A stretch of 48,644 nucleotides of DNA from Vicinamibacterales bacterium (GTDB lineage: Bacteria; Acidobacteriota; Vicinamibacteria; Vicinamibacterales; CAVVIG01): contig DATASG010000228.1 in assembly GCA_036269295.1 (NCBI GenBank), forward strand, positions 1-48,644, written 5' to 3'. The notes under the pieces are model-generated. The model made no database searches and was not told the origin of the DNA. It worked only from the letters and a program-made list of their open reading frames with translations. Positions 1 to 9,610 of the stretch are shown here, one piece after another (the first letter of the stretch is position 1; each line of letters opens with the position of its first letter). Made by a program: the position numbers and the translations under genes.

Positions 1-340
1 GGCGGACCGCATGACGTCGGGCGCGTGACTGTTTCACAACAATCTTTTGGAGAATCGTCCGCGGACGACCGGCGATTCAGGCGGTTACTAGATCGCGGTG
101 ATGATCATTCCGCCGTAGACGCGATGGCCGTACCGCGTTCCCTGGCCGAGGAATGCCGGAGCGCTCTGATCAGCGCCAACCGAAACGAGGCGGTTCACGT
201 GGTAGGTGAGCGCGCCGCCGAGGTTGTAGCTGCCGAAGTTCGAGCCTGTGTCGCCGCTCGTGAAAAACGCCGGTCCGCGCTTCAGGCGGCGAAGTGCCAG
301 TGCGTAGATCCGTGCACAGTGGTCAGCGTTGAGCGCCGCG

Positions 341-1681
341 TCAGTGCGCGTGACCGCCGCCGCGGTGTCCGCGCCGCCGCCGCCGCCGCCGGCGTTTGTG
401 TGGCATGTCCGCAGCTGCAGTGGGTTGAGCCCCGTCGCCGCCGCCCGCCTCCGGCGGCGGCGCGTCGCCGTGCTCGTCGAGAATCCCCATCCAGTGCTCG
501 ACCACGTCCGGCGAGTCGCCGTGGATCTCCATCCACGTGAGCGCCTCGCGGAAGATGCCGCGGTGTGCCAGCGATCGCTGCGCGCGCTCGCTCGCGGTCA
601 GATCGCGCAGGCGCCGCTGCAGGCTGATGATCTGCCGCAGCCGCTCGACGTCGCGGCGCGCCAGGGGGAGATCGCCAAGGCGCGGCCCCGGCGGATGCCG
701 CGGCCGTGTCGATCGCGGGCCCTCGCCCTCCTCGCTGTCGTGCGCCGTGCGCGGCGGGTGCAACGAGATCCCCAGCGGCAGCAACAGGCTGCCGAGCAGG
801 ATCGCGTTCGAGAGCGTATCGGGCGTTGACTCGAACTGGCGGCGGTACTCGTCCACCGCGGCGAGCGAACGCCACAGCGGATCGGCCGCGCCCCTGTGCA
901 GCTCCAGCGAGATCGGCTCGAGCAGCCCGACCGCTGCCATCTGGCGGAACGCCTTTTCCGCCGAGCCCTGGCGCAGGATCTTGTAGTACTCCTCGATCAG
1001 CCGCGGCAGCGAGCTCCTGGCAATTTCCTTGCGGTGCCTCCGAATCGACTCCAGCAGCGTCGGCTCGATCGCGAAATCGAGCCGCGCCGCGATGGCGATC
1101 GCGCGAATCATGCGCACCGGATCTTCGTTGAGGCGGACGTCGGGATCGCCGATCGAGCGGACGATGCCGGCGCGCAGATCCTCGAGGCCGCCGACGAAAT
1201 CGATAATCGAGAAGGTCGCGATGTCGTAGGCGAGCGCGTTGATCGTGAAGTCGCGGCGGAACGCGTCCTCTTCCGGCGTCCCGAAGGTGTTGTCGTGATG
1301 AATCAGCTGCTCGCCCTCGGGCGTCGTCGGATCGGGCGCCGGTACGCCGTCCTGCACGATTTCCTCGCCGGCGGCGACCTGGCGCCGGAATGTCGCGACC
1401 TCGATCACCTTCTGTCCGAACTTGACGTGCGCGAGACGGAAGCGCCGGCCGATGATCCAGCAGTTCCGGAACAGCTTCTTGACCTGATACGGATGCGCCG
1501 ACGTGCCGATGTCGAAGTCTTTCGGATGGCGGCCAAGCAGCAGATCACGAACGCCGCCGCCGACGAGGTAGGCGGTGTACTCGGCCTGACGCAGGCGGTA
1601 CAAAACCTTCAGCGCGTCCGGATCGATGTCGCGGCGGGAGATCGGGTGCTCCTCCCGCGGCACGATCCTCGGTTCAGCCAT
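341..1681 (-). CDS. pcnB: poly(A) polymerase I / tRNA nucleotidyltransferase family protein (PcnB-like) with poly-Arg C-terminal tail
   Basis: ORF 341..1726. Head-domain motifs YLVGGGVRDLLLG, PKDFDIGT and RRFRLAHV are present. Start moved to the first ATG (MAEPRIV) at 1681. Tail reads HKRRRRRRRRGH. Confidence 0.8.
   Translation of the reverse strand: MAEPRIVPREEHPISRRDIDPDALKVLYRLRQAEYTAYLVGGGVRDLLLGRHPKDFDIGTSAHPYQVKKLFRNCWIIGRRFRLAHVKFGQKVIEVATFRRQVAAGEEIVQDGVPAPDPTTPEGEQLIHHDNTFGTPEEDAFRRDFTINALAYDIATFSIIDFVGGLEDLRAGIVRSIGDPDVRLNEDPVRMIRAIAIAARLDFAIEPTLLESIRRHRKEIARSSLPRLIEEYYKILRQGSAEKAFRQMAAVGLLEPISLELHRGAADPLWRSLAAVDEYRRQFESTPDTLSNAILLGSLLLPLGISLHPPRTAHDSEEGEGPRSTRPRHPPGPRLGDLPLARRDVERLRQIISLQRRLRDLTASERAQRSLAHRGIFREALTWMEIHGDSPDVVEHWMGILDEHGDAPPPEAGGGDGAQPTAAADMPHKRRRRRRRRGHRGGGHAH
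374..391 (-). repeat. (CGG)6 trinucleotide run encoding part of the poly-Arg tail of the PcnB-like protein
   Basis: The plus strand reads ccg x6. In the pcnB frame, codons 371..394 encode eight consecutive Arg. Confidence 0.9.
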
Positions 1682-1689
1682 CGAGCAGC

Positions 1690-1698
1690 ATTGTACCA
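1690..1698 (-). promoter_or_regulatory. extended -10-like box TGGTACAAT, 8 nt upstream of the pcnB ATG
   Basis: Reverse complement of attgtacca. No SD lies between the box and the start. The divergent spacer is AT-rich. Confidence 0.4.
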
Positions 1699-1760
1699 AA
1701 AGCGTCACGAAAGCTAAGTAAGCCATTGATGCCCAATGACTTAGCCTTGAATTTGGGCTG

Positions 1761-1769
1761 TGCTACCAT
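1761..1769 (+). promoter_or_regulatory. extended -10-like box TGCTACCAT, 6 nt upstream of ATG 1776
   Basis: Sequence tgctaccat cgcacc ATG, with no SD. Confidence 0.4.
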
Positions 1770-1775
1770 CGCACC

Positions 1776-2564
1776 ATGCGTGGCCCGGCCGCCGTGGCCG
1801 TTCTTGTTCTCGCCCTTGGTGCCCCGTTGCGGGGCGCCGACGATCCGCTGGCGCGGGCCCGCGTGCTCTACAACCTGGGTCAATTCGAGGCGGCGATCAA
1901 CGCCGCTGAGCAGGCGCGCCTGACCCCGGCCCGCGCTGACGCCGCCGATCTGGTCGCGGCCCGCGCCTATCTCGAGCGTTTTCGCGCCAGCGAGGCGAGC
2001 GACGACCTCGTCAACGCCCGCGAACGGCTGCGCCGAATCGATCCGCAGCGCTTCCCCTCCCGCGAGCGCTCCGAGTACATCGTCGGCCTCGGCGAGGCGA
2101 TGTTCTTCGAAGGCGCGTTTGGCGCCGCCGCCGACGTGCTCGATCCCATCGTCCGCAGCCCTGATCTGTTGACCGGCGATGCGCGCGAACGCGTGCTCGA
2201 CTGGTGGGCGAGCGCCCTCGATCGCGACGCGAAACCGCGTCCTGAGATCGATCGCCAGGGGGTCTATCAGCGCATCCGGGTGCGGATGGAGGAAGAGCTC
2301 GCGACGCGGCCGGGCAGTGGCACCGCCGCCTACTGGCTGTCGGCGGCGGCGCGATCGCAGGGTGACGCGCAGGCGGCCTGGGACGCGGCCCTGGCCGCCT
2401 GGGTGCGGGCGCCGCTGATGCTGGACCACGGTGTGCGGCTGCGGGCCGACATCGATCTGCTCGTGCTGCGCGCGATCGTCCCCGACAGGGCCAAGGCCAC
2501 CGCCCAGCCGCCAGAGAGCCTTCGCCAGCAGTGGGAACAGTTCAAGGCGCGCTGGGATGAGTGA
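1776..2564 (+). CDS. hypothetical exported helical (TPR-like) protein
   Basis: 262-aa ORF with high GC3. N-terminal signal-like MRGPAAVAVLVLALGAPLRGA. Ala/Arg/Leu-rich helical composition. No family recognised. Confidence 0.6.
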   Translation: MRGPAAVAVLVLALGAPLRGADDPLARARVLYNLGQFEAAINAAEQARLTPARADAADLVAARAYLERFRASEASDDLVNARERLRRIDPQRFPSRERSEYIVGLGEAMFFEGAFGAAADVLDPIVRSPDLLTGDARERVLDWWASALDRDAKPRPEIDRQGVYQRIRVRMEEELATRPGSGTAAYWLSAAARSQGDAQAAWDAALAAWVRAPLMLDHGVRLRADIDLLVLRAIVPDRAKATAQPPESLRQQWEQFKARWDE

Positions 2565-2585
2565 GTCCGCGTCTCCCGCGACGCC

Positions 2586-5270
2586 TCACGCCTTCGCGTC
2601 CTTCCAGTTCTCTCCCACCCCGACGTCGACTGTCAGCGGCACGTTCATCACCGCCGCGGCCTGCATCTTGTCACGCACGATGGTGCTGAACTCGTCGGCG
2701 CGGGCCTTCGGCACCTCGAACAGCAGCTCGTCGTGGACGGTGAGGATCATGCGCGCCTCCGGATGCGGCAGCAGCGCCGCGTGGACGTCGATCATCGCCC
2801 GCTTCATGATGTCGGCGGCGCTGCCCTGGATCGGCATGTTCACCGCCTCGCGCTCCGACGCGGCGCGGCGCTGAAAGTCGCGGCTGTTCAGCTCGGGCAC
2901 CAGCCGCCGCCGCCCGTACATCGTCTTCACCACCCCGCTGGCCCGCGCTTCCTCGAGGGTGCGATCGATGAAGGCGCGCACCCGCGGGAAACCGGCGAAA
3001 TAGGCGTCGATGAATTCCTGCGCCGCCTGCTGCGTGACCCCGATATCCTTCGCCAGCGTGAAGGCGCCCTTGCCGTAGAGCAGCGCGTAGTTGACCATCT
3101 TGGCGATGCTGCGCAGCTGGTGCGGATCGCGGCCGCTGTCAGCACCGAAGATCTTCACCGCCGTCCGTTCGTGGAAATCGACTCCTTCGCGGAAAGCGTC
3201 CACCAGCACCGGTTCCTCGGAGAGGTGCGCGAGCACGCGGAACTCGATCTGCGAGTAGTCGGCGGAGATGAGGACGTTGCCGGGGTCGGCGATGAAGGCG
3301 CGGCGGATCTCGCGGCCGAGCGCGGTGCGGATCGGGATGTTCTGCAGGTTGGGATCGCTGCTGCTCAAGCGGCCGGTCGAGGCGACCGCCTGGTTGAAGC
3401 AGGTGTGAACGCGTCCGGTCTGCGGGTGTACGAGCTGCGGCAGGGCATCGATGTAGGTGCCTTTCAGCTTCATCAGCTGCCGCCACTCGAGAATCTGGCG
3501 CGGGATATCGTGGGTGAGCGCCAGCTCCTCCAGTACCTCCACTGCCGTCGACGGCGCCCTCGACGTGCCGGTCCGCTTGAGCACCGGCAGCTGCAGCCTG
3601 TCGAACAGCACCTCGGCGAGCTGCTTCGGCGAGTTGATGTTGAACTCGCCGCCGGCCAGCTCGAAGATCGTCGTCGATCGCTGGGCGAGCTCGCGGTCGA
3701 CGGTCTGCGACTGCGCCGCCAGCGCCGCGGTGTCGATGCGCACCCCCGCTTGTTCGACCGCTTTCAGCACCGGGACGAGCGGCAGTTCCAGCGTCGCGTA
3801 TACCTGGGCCAACTGTTCCGCGATCAGCAGACCCCGCAGCACCGGGGTGAGCTGACCCACGAGATCGGCGCGCTCACACGCGTAGACCACCGCTGCCTCG
3901 ACCGGCACCTCGGCGAGCGAGATCGCCTTGGCGCCGCGCCCGCAGACGTCCTCCGCCGACAGCGCCTTGTAGCTCGTGTGTTCGAGCGCCAGCTCCTCGA
4001 TCAGGTGCGCGGATCGGGTCGCGTCGAGCAGGTAGCTCGCCAGCATCGTGTCGAGCGCGAGCCCGCCGAGCGTGACGCCGTGGCGCGCCAGCACGATGGC
4101 ATCGAATTTCAGATCGTGGCCATCTTTCTCGATCGTCTCGTCCTCGAGGATCGGCCGCAGCGCCGCCAGCGCAACCTCGAGCGCCAGGCTGTCGGTGTTG
4201 TCGAGCGAGCGGTGGCCGATCGGGACGTAGTCGCCGTCGTGCGCAGCGGTCGAGAACGAGATCCCGACAATCGCCGCCCGCATCGCCGTCGCGCCGTCGG
4301 GCAGCACGCGGAGCGCGAACCGGCCGGCCGCGCGCAGCCGTTCCGCCAGCGCCCGCACGCCCTCCGCGGTGTTGACGATGCGGTAGGTCTTGGCGACGCT
4401 GTCGGCGGTCGGCGCGTATTCCTTGGCCAGCGCGCGGAAGCCCAGTTCGTTGAAGATCGCGAACGCCGCCTCCCGCGACCCGGCGCGATAGCGCAGCTGC
4501 TCGGCGTCGAACTCTACCGGGACGTTGACCCGGATTCGCGCCAGCTCGCGGCTCTGGCGCGCCGCCTCCTTGTTGGCGAGCAGGCCCTCGCGATAGCGCT
4601 TGTTCTTCACCTCGGCCGCGTGCTCGAGCAGGTTCTCCAGCGATCCGTACTGCACGATCAGCTCGCGCGCGCCCTTCTCGCCGACGCCCGGCACGCCCTT
4701 GATGTTGTCGATCGTGTCGCCCATCAGCGCCAGCACGTCGACCACGTGATCGGGCGCGACGCCGAACTTCTCCTTCACGCCCTCGGCGTCGTACCACGTC
4801 CCTTCGTCGCGCGGGTTGTAGACGCGGATGTGGTCGCCGACCAGCTGGTAGAAATCCTTGTCCATGGTGACGATCGCGACTTCGAAGCCGGCCGCGGCCG
4901 CCTTCAGCGCCAGCGTCCCGATCACATCGTCGGCTTCGTAGCGCTCGGAGGTGAGGATCGGCACCCCGAGCGCCTCGCAGGCCGCGTGCACCATCGGGAT
5001 TTGCTGCGCCAGCTCGCCGGGCATCGGCGCGCGGTTGGCCTTGTAGTCGTCGACCAGCTCGTCGCGAAAGGTCCGCCCCGGGAGATCGAACGAGGCGGCG
5101 ATGAACTCGGGCTTGTGCTCGTTGAGCAGCTTGCGGAGCATGTTGACGAAGATGTAGACCGCGTTGGTCGGCGTGCCCTGCGCGTTGCGCAGCAGCCCGC
5201 CCTCCGCGGTTCGAACCGGCGCGTGATACGCGCGGTACATCTGCGAGCTGCCGTCGATCAGATAGAGCAC
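2586..5270 (-). CDS. polA: DNA polymerase I
   Basis: 894-aa ORF with a 5'-3' exonuclease N-terminus and family-A polymerase motifs (DYSQIEFRVLAH, KMVNYALLYG, TVHDELLFEV). GTG start at 5270. Confidence 0.95.
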   Translation of the reverse strand: MLYLIDGSSQMYRAYHAPVRTAEGGLLRNAQGTPTNAVYIFVNMLRKLLNEHKPEFIAASFDLPGRTFRDELVDDYKANRAPMPGELAQQIPMVHAACEALGVPILTSERYEADDVIGTLALKAAAAGFEVAIVTMDKDFYQLVGDHIRVYNPRDEGTWYDAEGVKEKFGVAPDHVVDVLALMGDTIDNIKGVPGVGEKGARELIVQYGSLENLLEHAAEVKNKRYREGLLANKEAARQSRELARIRVNVPVEFDAEQLRYRAGSREAAFAIFNELGFRALAKEYAPTADSVAKTYRIVNTAEGVRALAERLRAAGRFALRVLPDGATAMRAAIVGISFSTAAHDGDYVPIGHRSLDNTDSLALEVALAALRPILEDETIEKDGHDLKFDAIVLARHGVTLGGLALDTMLASYLLDATRSAHLIEELALEHTSYKALSAEDVCGRGAKAISLAEVPVEAAVVYACERADLVGQLTPVLRGLLIAEQLAQVYATLELPLVPVLKAVEQAGVRIDTAALAAQSQTVDRELAQRSTTIFELAGGEFNINSPKQLAEVLFDRLQLPVLKRTGTSRAPSTAVEVLEELALTHDIPRQILEWRQLMKLKGTYIDALPQLVHPQTGRVHTCFNQAVASTGRLSSSDPNLQNIPIRTALGREIRRAFIADPGNVLISADYSQIEFRVLAHLSEEPVLVDAFREGVDFHERTAVKIFGADSGRDPHQLRSIAKMVNYALLYGKGAFTLAKDIGVTQQAAQEFIDAYFAGFPRVRAFIDRTLEEARASGVVKTMYGRRRLVPELNSRDFQRRAASEREAVNMPIQGSAADIMKRAMIDVHAALLPHPEARMILTVHDELLFEVPKARADEFSTIVRDKMQAAAVMNVPLTVDVGVGENWKDAKA

Positions 5271-5278
5271 AATTTTTT

Positions 5279-5287
5279 ACTATATCA
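5279..5287 (-). promoter_or_regulatory. extended -10-like box TGATATAGT, 8 nt upstream of the polA GTG
   Basis: Lies in the 27-bp AT-rich divergent spacer 5271..5297. Caveat: a GTG start is unusual for a leaderless mRNA. Confidence 0.3.
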
Positions 5288-5297
5288 TCTGAAAAAG

Positions 5298-6089
5298 ATG
5301 CACGGCGTGCTCCGCGAGCTTGGCGTTTCGGTCGTCGTGACCTTGGTTGTCGGCACGATCGCGTCGAGCGTGGCGTGCGGCACGGCGACGCTGTTCCGGC
5401 AATACGAGTACGAGGAAGAGGTCTACCTCTCGCTCGACGGTTCGGCGACGGTCTACGTCAACAGCTCGATCCCCGCGCTCGACGCGCTGCGCGGGACGAC
5501 GTTCGATCCGGACCCCGCGGTGCGGGTCGACACCGCCGCCGTTCGCGCCTACTACTCGACGCCGGCGACCCGTGTCGTCCGCGTCAGCCAGTCGCGCCGC
5601 AGCAACCGCCGCTTCGTCCACGTCCGCCTCGACGTCGACGATGTCACCAGGCTGGGGGGCGTGGCGCCGTTCGCGTGGTCGAACTACCAGTTCACGCGCA
5701 ACGGCGATCAGTTCGAGTACCGGCAGACGGTCGGCGCTGCGGCGATGAAGGATGTCGGCAACGTCGGCTGGAAAGGCGGCGAGATCGTCGCCTTTCGCCT
5801 GCATCTGCCGAGCAAGATCCGATATCACAATACCAGGCGTGAGGTCGGCCGCGGCAACATCCTGGTGTGGGAGCAGTCGCTGGCCGACCGGCTGCACAGC
5901 GTGCCGCTGGTCTACGATGCCAACGGCCGCAACGGCGCCTTCGTTGCCCGCATCGACGGGCAATCGATCCTTTACACCACGCTCTGGCTCTTCGGCACCA
6001 CCTTCGCGGCCGTCGCCCTCGCCTTTGGCGTGCTGGTCGTGTGGATCGTGCGTAAAGGCGCCCGGGAGACACAGGACCAACGCACCTGA
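5298..6089 (+). CDS. hypothetical membrane-anchored protein (N- and C-terminal hydrophobic segments)
   Basis: In-frame ATG at 5298 inside the 2733..6089 ORF, whose upstream part is antisense to polA. Hydrophobic N-terminus VSVVVTLVVGTIASSVA and C-terminal TM LWLFGTTFAAVALAFGVLVVWIV. Confidence 0.6.
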   Translation: MHGVLRELGVSVVVTLVVGTIASSVACGTATLFRQYEYEEEVYLSLDGSATVYVNSSIPALDALRGTTFDPDPAVRVDTAAVRAYYSTPATRVVRVSQSRRSNRRFVHVRLDVDDVTRLGGVAPFAWSNYQFTRNGDQFEYRQTVGAAAMKDVGNVGWKGGEIVAFRLHLPSKIRYHNTRREVGRGNILVWEQSLADRLHSVPLVYDANGRNGAFVARIDGQSILYTTLWLFGTTFAAVALAFGVLVVWIVRKGARETQDQRT

Positions 6090-6126
6090 CCCGGCAAGGC
6101 GCGACGCCAGACTTTCACCACCGGCT

Positions 6127-6134
6127 GCTAGAAT
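6127..6134 (+). promoter_or_regulatory. -10-like box GCTAGAAT, 7 nt upstream of ATG 6142
   Basis: The same octamer and the same 7-nt spacing recur at 16863..16870. Confidence 0.4.
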
Positions 6135-6141
6135 ACGAAGC

Positions 6142-6906
6142 ATGCGTCGCACAGGGCTGGTGTTCGCCGTTGCGCTGGCGATCGCGTCGGGCGGCCTGCG
6201 GGCGGCGCCCCCGACCCCGGTCGTCGTCGAGCTATTCACATCCGAGGGGTGCTCGGACTGCCCGCCGGCCGATACGCTGCTGGAAAAGTTGATCGCGACG
6301 CAGCCGATCGCCGGCGCCGAGATCATCGGTCTCGGCCAGCACGTCGACTACTGGGATCGCCTCGGCTGGAAGGATCGCTTCTCGTCCGCGGCGCTGACCA
6401 ACCGGCAACAGCTCTATCAGACCCGTTTCGGGATCGAGAGCATCTACACGCCGCAGATGGTCGTGGACGGCCGCGCCGAGTTCGTCGGCAGCGATGCCTC
6501 GGCGGCCCGCAAGGCGATCGAGAAGACACTCGCGGCGCCGCATGGACGCATCCACATCGACATCGTGAACGCCGGGGTTCGTGTCACGGCCTCGGATCTG
6601 CCGCCGCTCCCGCGAGGCGATCGGGCCGACATCATCGTCATGGTCACCGAGCGCGGGCTGACCACCGACGTCAAACGCGGCGAGAACCAGGGCAGGATGC
6701 TGGCGCACGCGCCGGTCGTGCGCTACCTGGCGACCATCGGCCACATCCCCGACGGCGCCAGCGGCGGAACGGCGAGCGCCGGCGATATCTCCCTCGCTCC
6801 GGACTGGCGGCGGGACCGGCTTGCGGTCGTGGCCTTCGTCCAGCAGCAGCGGGGCCGCACCATCCTCGCTTCCGCGTCGGCTCCGCTCGCGATCGCTCGC
6901 CCGTGA
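6142..6906 (+). CDS. DUF1223 family exported protein
   Basis: Internal ATG at 6142 followed by a signal peptide, then VVVELFTSEGCSDCPPAD, which I recognise as the DUF1223 signature. Confidence 0.75.
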   Translation: MRRTGLVFAVALAIASGGLRAAPPTPVVVELFTSEGCSDCPPADTLLEKLIATQPIAGAEIIGLGQHVDYWDRLGWKDRFSSAALTNRQQLYQTRFGIESIYTPQMVVDGRAEFVGSDASAARKAIEKTLAAPHGRIHIDIVNAGVRVTASDLPPLPRGDRADIIVMVTERGLTTDVKRGENQGRMLAHAPVVRYLATIGHIPDGASGGTASAGDISLAPDWRRDRLAVVAFVQQQRGRTILASASAPLAIARP

Positions 6907-8198
6907 CAGAACACCCGTACTGGTGGGACACGCTGCCTCCGGCAGCACGCCAAGACTTGGACGTCGAACCTCGGACGTCATCCCCGCTGCCGGCGCGCGC
7001 GGACGTCGTGGTCGTAGGAGGAGGCTACACCGGGCTCTCGGCGGCACGCCATCTCGCCAGAGCCGGCGCGTCGGTCGTGGTCGTGGAGCGCGAGCGGGTC
7101 GGCTGGGGGGCCAGCTCCCGAAACGGCGGCCAGGTGCTGACCGGTCTGAAGGTGGACGCAGCCGCCCTGGTCGAGCGATTCGGACAGTCGCGCGCCCGGC
7201 AGCTGTTCGAGATCGCGACCGAGTCGATGGACCGGCTCGAAACGCTGATTGCCGAGGAGGCCATTGCCTGCGACTACGAGCGTGTCGGCCACCTGTGTGC
7301 GGCCTTCAAGCCCGCGCATTTCGAGGCGTTCCGCGAAGAGCAGGCGTTGCTCGCCCGGGTGTTCGATCACCAGGTGCACCTGGTGCCGCGCGCCGATCAG
7401 CGGGCGGAGATCGGCAGCGATGCCTATTACGGCGTGCTCGTCGACGAGCGGAGCGGCGGCCTGAACCCCGCTCGGTTCGTGCGGGGACTTGCCGCCGCCG
7501 CGATCAGGCACGGCGCGGCGGTCGTTACCGGGGTCGCTGTCACCACGGTCGATCGACACCTCGACGCGTGGAGGGTGAGCACGACGGGCGGCGAGATCCA
7601 GGCGGGGGATGTGCTGATGGCGACCAACGGCTACACCGACGGCGCATCGCCCGCCCTGCAGCGCCGCTTCATCCCGATCGGCAGCTACATCATCGCGACC
7701 GAGCCGCTCGCCGAAGGCCAGGCCTCAGACCTGCTGCCGCGACGCCGAATGGCGTTCGACTCGAAACACTTTCTTTATTATTTCCGGGTGACGCCGGATC
7801 GGCGCTTGTTGTTCGGAGGACGGGCGGAGTTCGCTCGGCCTGACGCGGACACGACGCGACGCGCGGCAGCTATCCTGCACCAGGGGATGACGCGCGTGTT
7901 TCCGCAGCTTGCGGGGGCGCGCATCGACTACGCCTGGGGCGGGAACGTGGCGTTTACCCGCGATCAGATGCCGCGCGCGGGCCGGCTCGACGGGGTCTAT
8001 TACGCCGGCGGCTACTGCGGCCACGGCGTCGCGATGTCGGCCTACCTCGGCGAGCGGATCGCCCGCAGGATCGCCGGCGAACCGATCGATCACCCGCTGT
8101 TCGATGATCGCTTTCCAGCGATTCCGATGTACACGGGCGATCCCTGGTTCCTGCCGATGGTCGGCGCCTACTATCATGTGAAGGATTGGCTCCAGTAG
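6903..8198 (+). CDS. FAD-dependent oxidoreductase (DAO / gamma-glutamylputrescine-oxidase-like)
   Basis: GTG 6903 overlaps the upstream TGA (GTGA). Dinucleotide fold DVVVVGGGYTGLSAARHLARAG. C-terminal GGYCGHGVAMS motif. Confidence 0.8.
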   Translation: MTEHPYWWDTLPPAARQDLDVEPRTSSPLPARADVVVVGGGYTGLSAARHLARAGASVVVVERERVGWGASSRNGGQVLTGLKVDAAALVERFGQSRARQLFEIATESMDRLETLIAEEAIACDYERVGHLCAAFKPAHFEAFREEQALLARVFDHQVHLVPRADQRAEIGSDAYYGVLVDERSGGLNPARFVRGLAAAAIRHGAAVVTGVAVTTVDRHLDAWRVSTTGGEIQAGDVLMATNGYTDGASPALQRRFIPIGSYIIATEPLAEGQASDLLPRRRMAFDSKHFLYYFRVTPDRRLLFGGRAEFARPDADTTRRAAAILHQGMTRVFPQLAGARIDYAWGGNVAFTRDQMPRAGRLDGVYYAGGYCGHGVAMSAYLGERIARRIAGEPIDHPLFDDRFPAIPMYTGDPWFLPMVGAYYHVKDWLQ

Positions 8199-9610
8199 AC
8201 CTCGAGTTTTCCCCCGGGCAGATGCGCGCGATGGCCGACCAGGTCGTGGGGCGGTGCATCGCCCACATCGCCTCGCTCGATCGGCAACCGGCCTGCGGCG
8301 ACGTCGACGCGGCGGCGCTGTGCCGCGCGATGCGCGAAGCGGCGCCTGAACAGGGCGTCGCGCTCGAGCCGCTGCTCGACCAGCTGTTCGCCGACTGGAT
8401 TCCCCGTTCCTTCACCGCGCCGGGCCCGGGCTACCTCGCCTACATCCCGGGCGGCGGCCTCTATCCCGCGGCGCTCGCCGACTTCATCGCCGATACCACC
8501 AACCGCTACACCGGCGTCTGGCAGGCGGCGCCCGCGCTGGTGCAGCTCGAGGCCAACGCGCTCGACTGGCTTCGCGACTGGATGGGGTTTCCGCCGGAAT
8601 CGCGCGGCCTGTTCACCGCCGGCGGTTCGATGGCGACGTTCAACGCCATCGTGTGCGCGCGCGAGCGTCATCTCGGTGCCGAGATTCGGCGCGGCGTCCT
8701 CTACACGTCGGATCAGGCCCACCATTCGGTGCTGAAGTCGGCGAAGCTTGCCGGCGTCATGCCCGATCGCGTGCGGCCGATCGCTTCCGACGGGCGCTTC
8801 CGCATCCGCCTCGATCTCCTCGAGCAGGCGATCGCCGCCGATCGCCGCGCCGGCCTCGCCCCGTTCGCCGTCGTCTCCAGCGCCGGCACCACGAACACCG
8901 GAGCAGTCGATCCGCTCGATGCGATCGCCGATCTGTGCGCCGGCTTGGGGCTATGGCATCACATCGACGGTGCCTACGGCGCCTTCTTCTACCTGTTGGA
9001 AAACCTGCGCGGCACGCTCCGCGGCCTGCCGCGCGCCGATTCGCTGACGCTCGATCCGCACAAGGGTATGTTCCTGCCCTACGGCACCGGCGCCCTGTTG
9101 GTGCGCGATGGCGCGGCGCTGCGCGCCGCGCACCAGGCCACCGCCGATTACCTGCCGGCAATGCCCCACCCGGAGGATTTCTACGATCCCAGCCAGCACG
9201 GTCCGGAGCTGTCCCGCGGGTTTCCGGGACTCCGCGTCTGGCTCTCGGTGAAGCTGTTCGGCGTCGCCGCGTTTCGCGAGGCGATCGCCGAGAAGCGCGC
9301 GCTGGCGCTCGACGCATGCCGAAGGATTGCCGCGCTGCCGGGAATCGTGATCGACGCCGAGCCCGATCTGTCGCTGTTCGCGTTCCACCTGACGTGGCCG
9401 GGCGCCTCGCTGCCGGAGGAGGACGCCGCGACCCTCGCGCTCATGGACAGGACGACCGGGCGGGGCCGAGTCATGGTCACCGGCTGCAGCGCCCACGGAC
9501 GAACCCTCGGCCGCGTGTGCGTGCTGAGCTTCCGTACCCACCAACCGCAGATCGACGCGCTCATCGAAGACATGGCGGCGGCGATTGAGGACATCAGGAC
9601 CCATGGCTGA
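8186..9610 (+). CDS. pyridoxal-dependent (group II) amino-acid decarboxylase
   Basis: Motifs GGSMATFNAIV, SDQAHHS and LDPHKGMFLPYG (PLP lysine). TTG start at 8186 keeps the conserved N-terminal helix; the alternative ATG is at 8222. Confidence 0.8.
   Translation: MAPVDLEFSPGQMRAMADQVVGRCIAHIASLDRQPACGDVDAAALCRAMREAAPEQGVALEPLLDQLFADWIPRSFTAPGPGYLAYIPGGGLYPAALADFIADTTNRYTGVWQAAPALVQLEANALDWLRDWMGFPPESRGLFTAGGSMATFNAIVCARERHLGAEIRRGVLYTSDQAHHSVLKSAKLAGVMPDRVRPIASDGRFRIRLDLLEQAIAADRRAGLAPFAVVSSAGTTNTGAVDPLDAIADLCAGLGLWHHIDGAYGAFFYLLENLRGTLRGLPRADSLTLDPHKGMFLPYGTGALLVRDGAALRAAHQATADYLPAMPHPEDFYDPSQHGPELSRGFPGLRVWLSVKLFGVAAFREAIAEKRALALDACRRIAALPGIVIDAEPDLSLFAFHLTWPGASLPEEDAATLALMDRTTGRGRVMVTGCSAHGRTLGRVCVLSFRTHQPQIDALIEDMAAAIEDIRTHG

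Noticed and set aside
25-540. 171-aa plus-strand ORF at the window start.
   Set aside because: It has mixed third-position composition and an Arg/Ala-rich nonsense sequence, and it overlaps the pcnB 3' end. The opposite strand in the same register has the higher GC3 (see the finding for 88..340).
2569-2584. Small hairpin GCGTC-tcccgc-GACGC between the convergent genes 1776..2564 and polA.
   Set aside because: A 5-bp stem in a 21-bp spacer cannot be distinguished from chance in GC-rich DNA.
2733-5297. The upstream 855 codons of the 1118-aa plus-strand ORF 2733..6089.
   Set aside because: It is exactly antisense to polA and has an Arg/Gly/Asp-rich low-complexity composition typical of GC-rich antisense frames. 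Only the part from ATG 5298 looks like a real gene.
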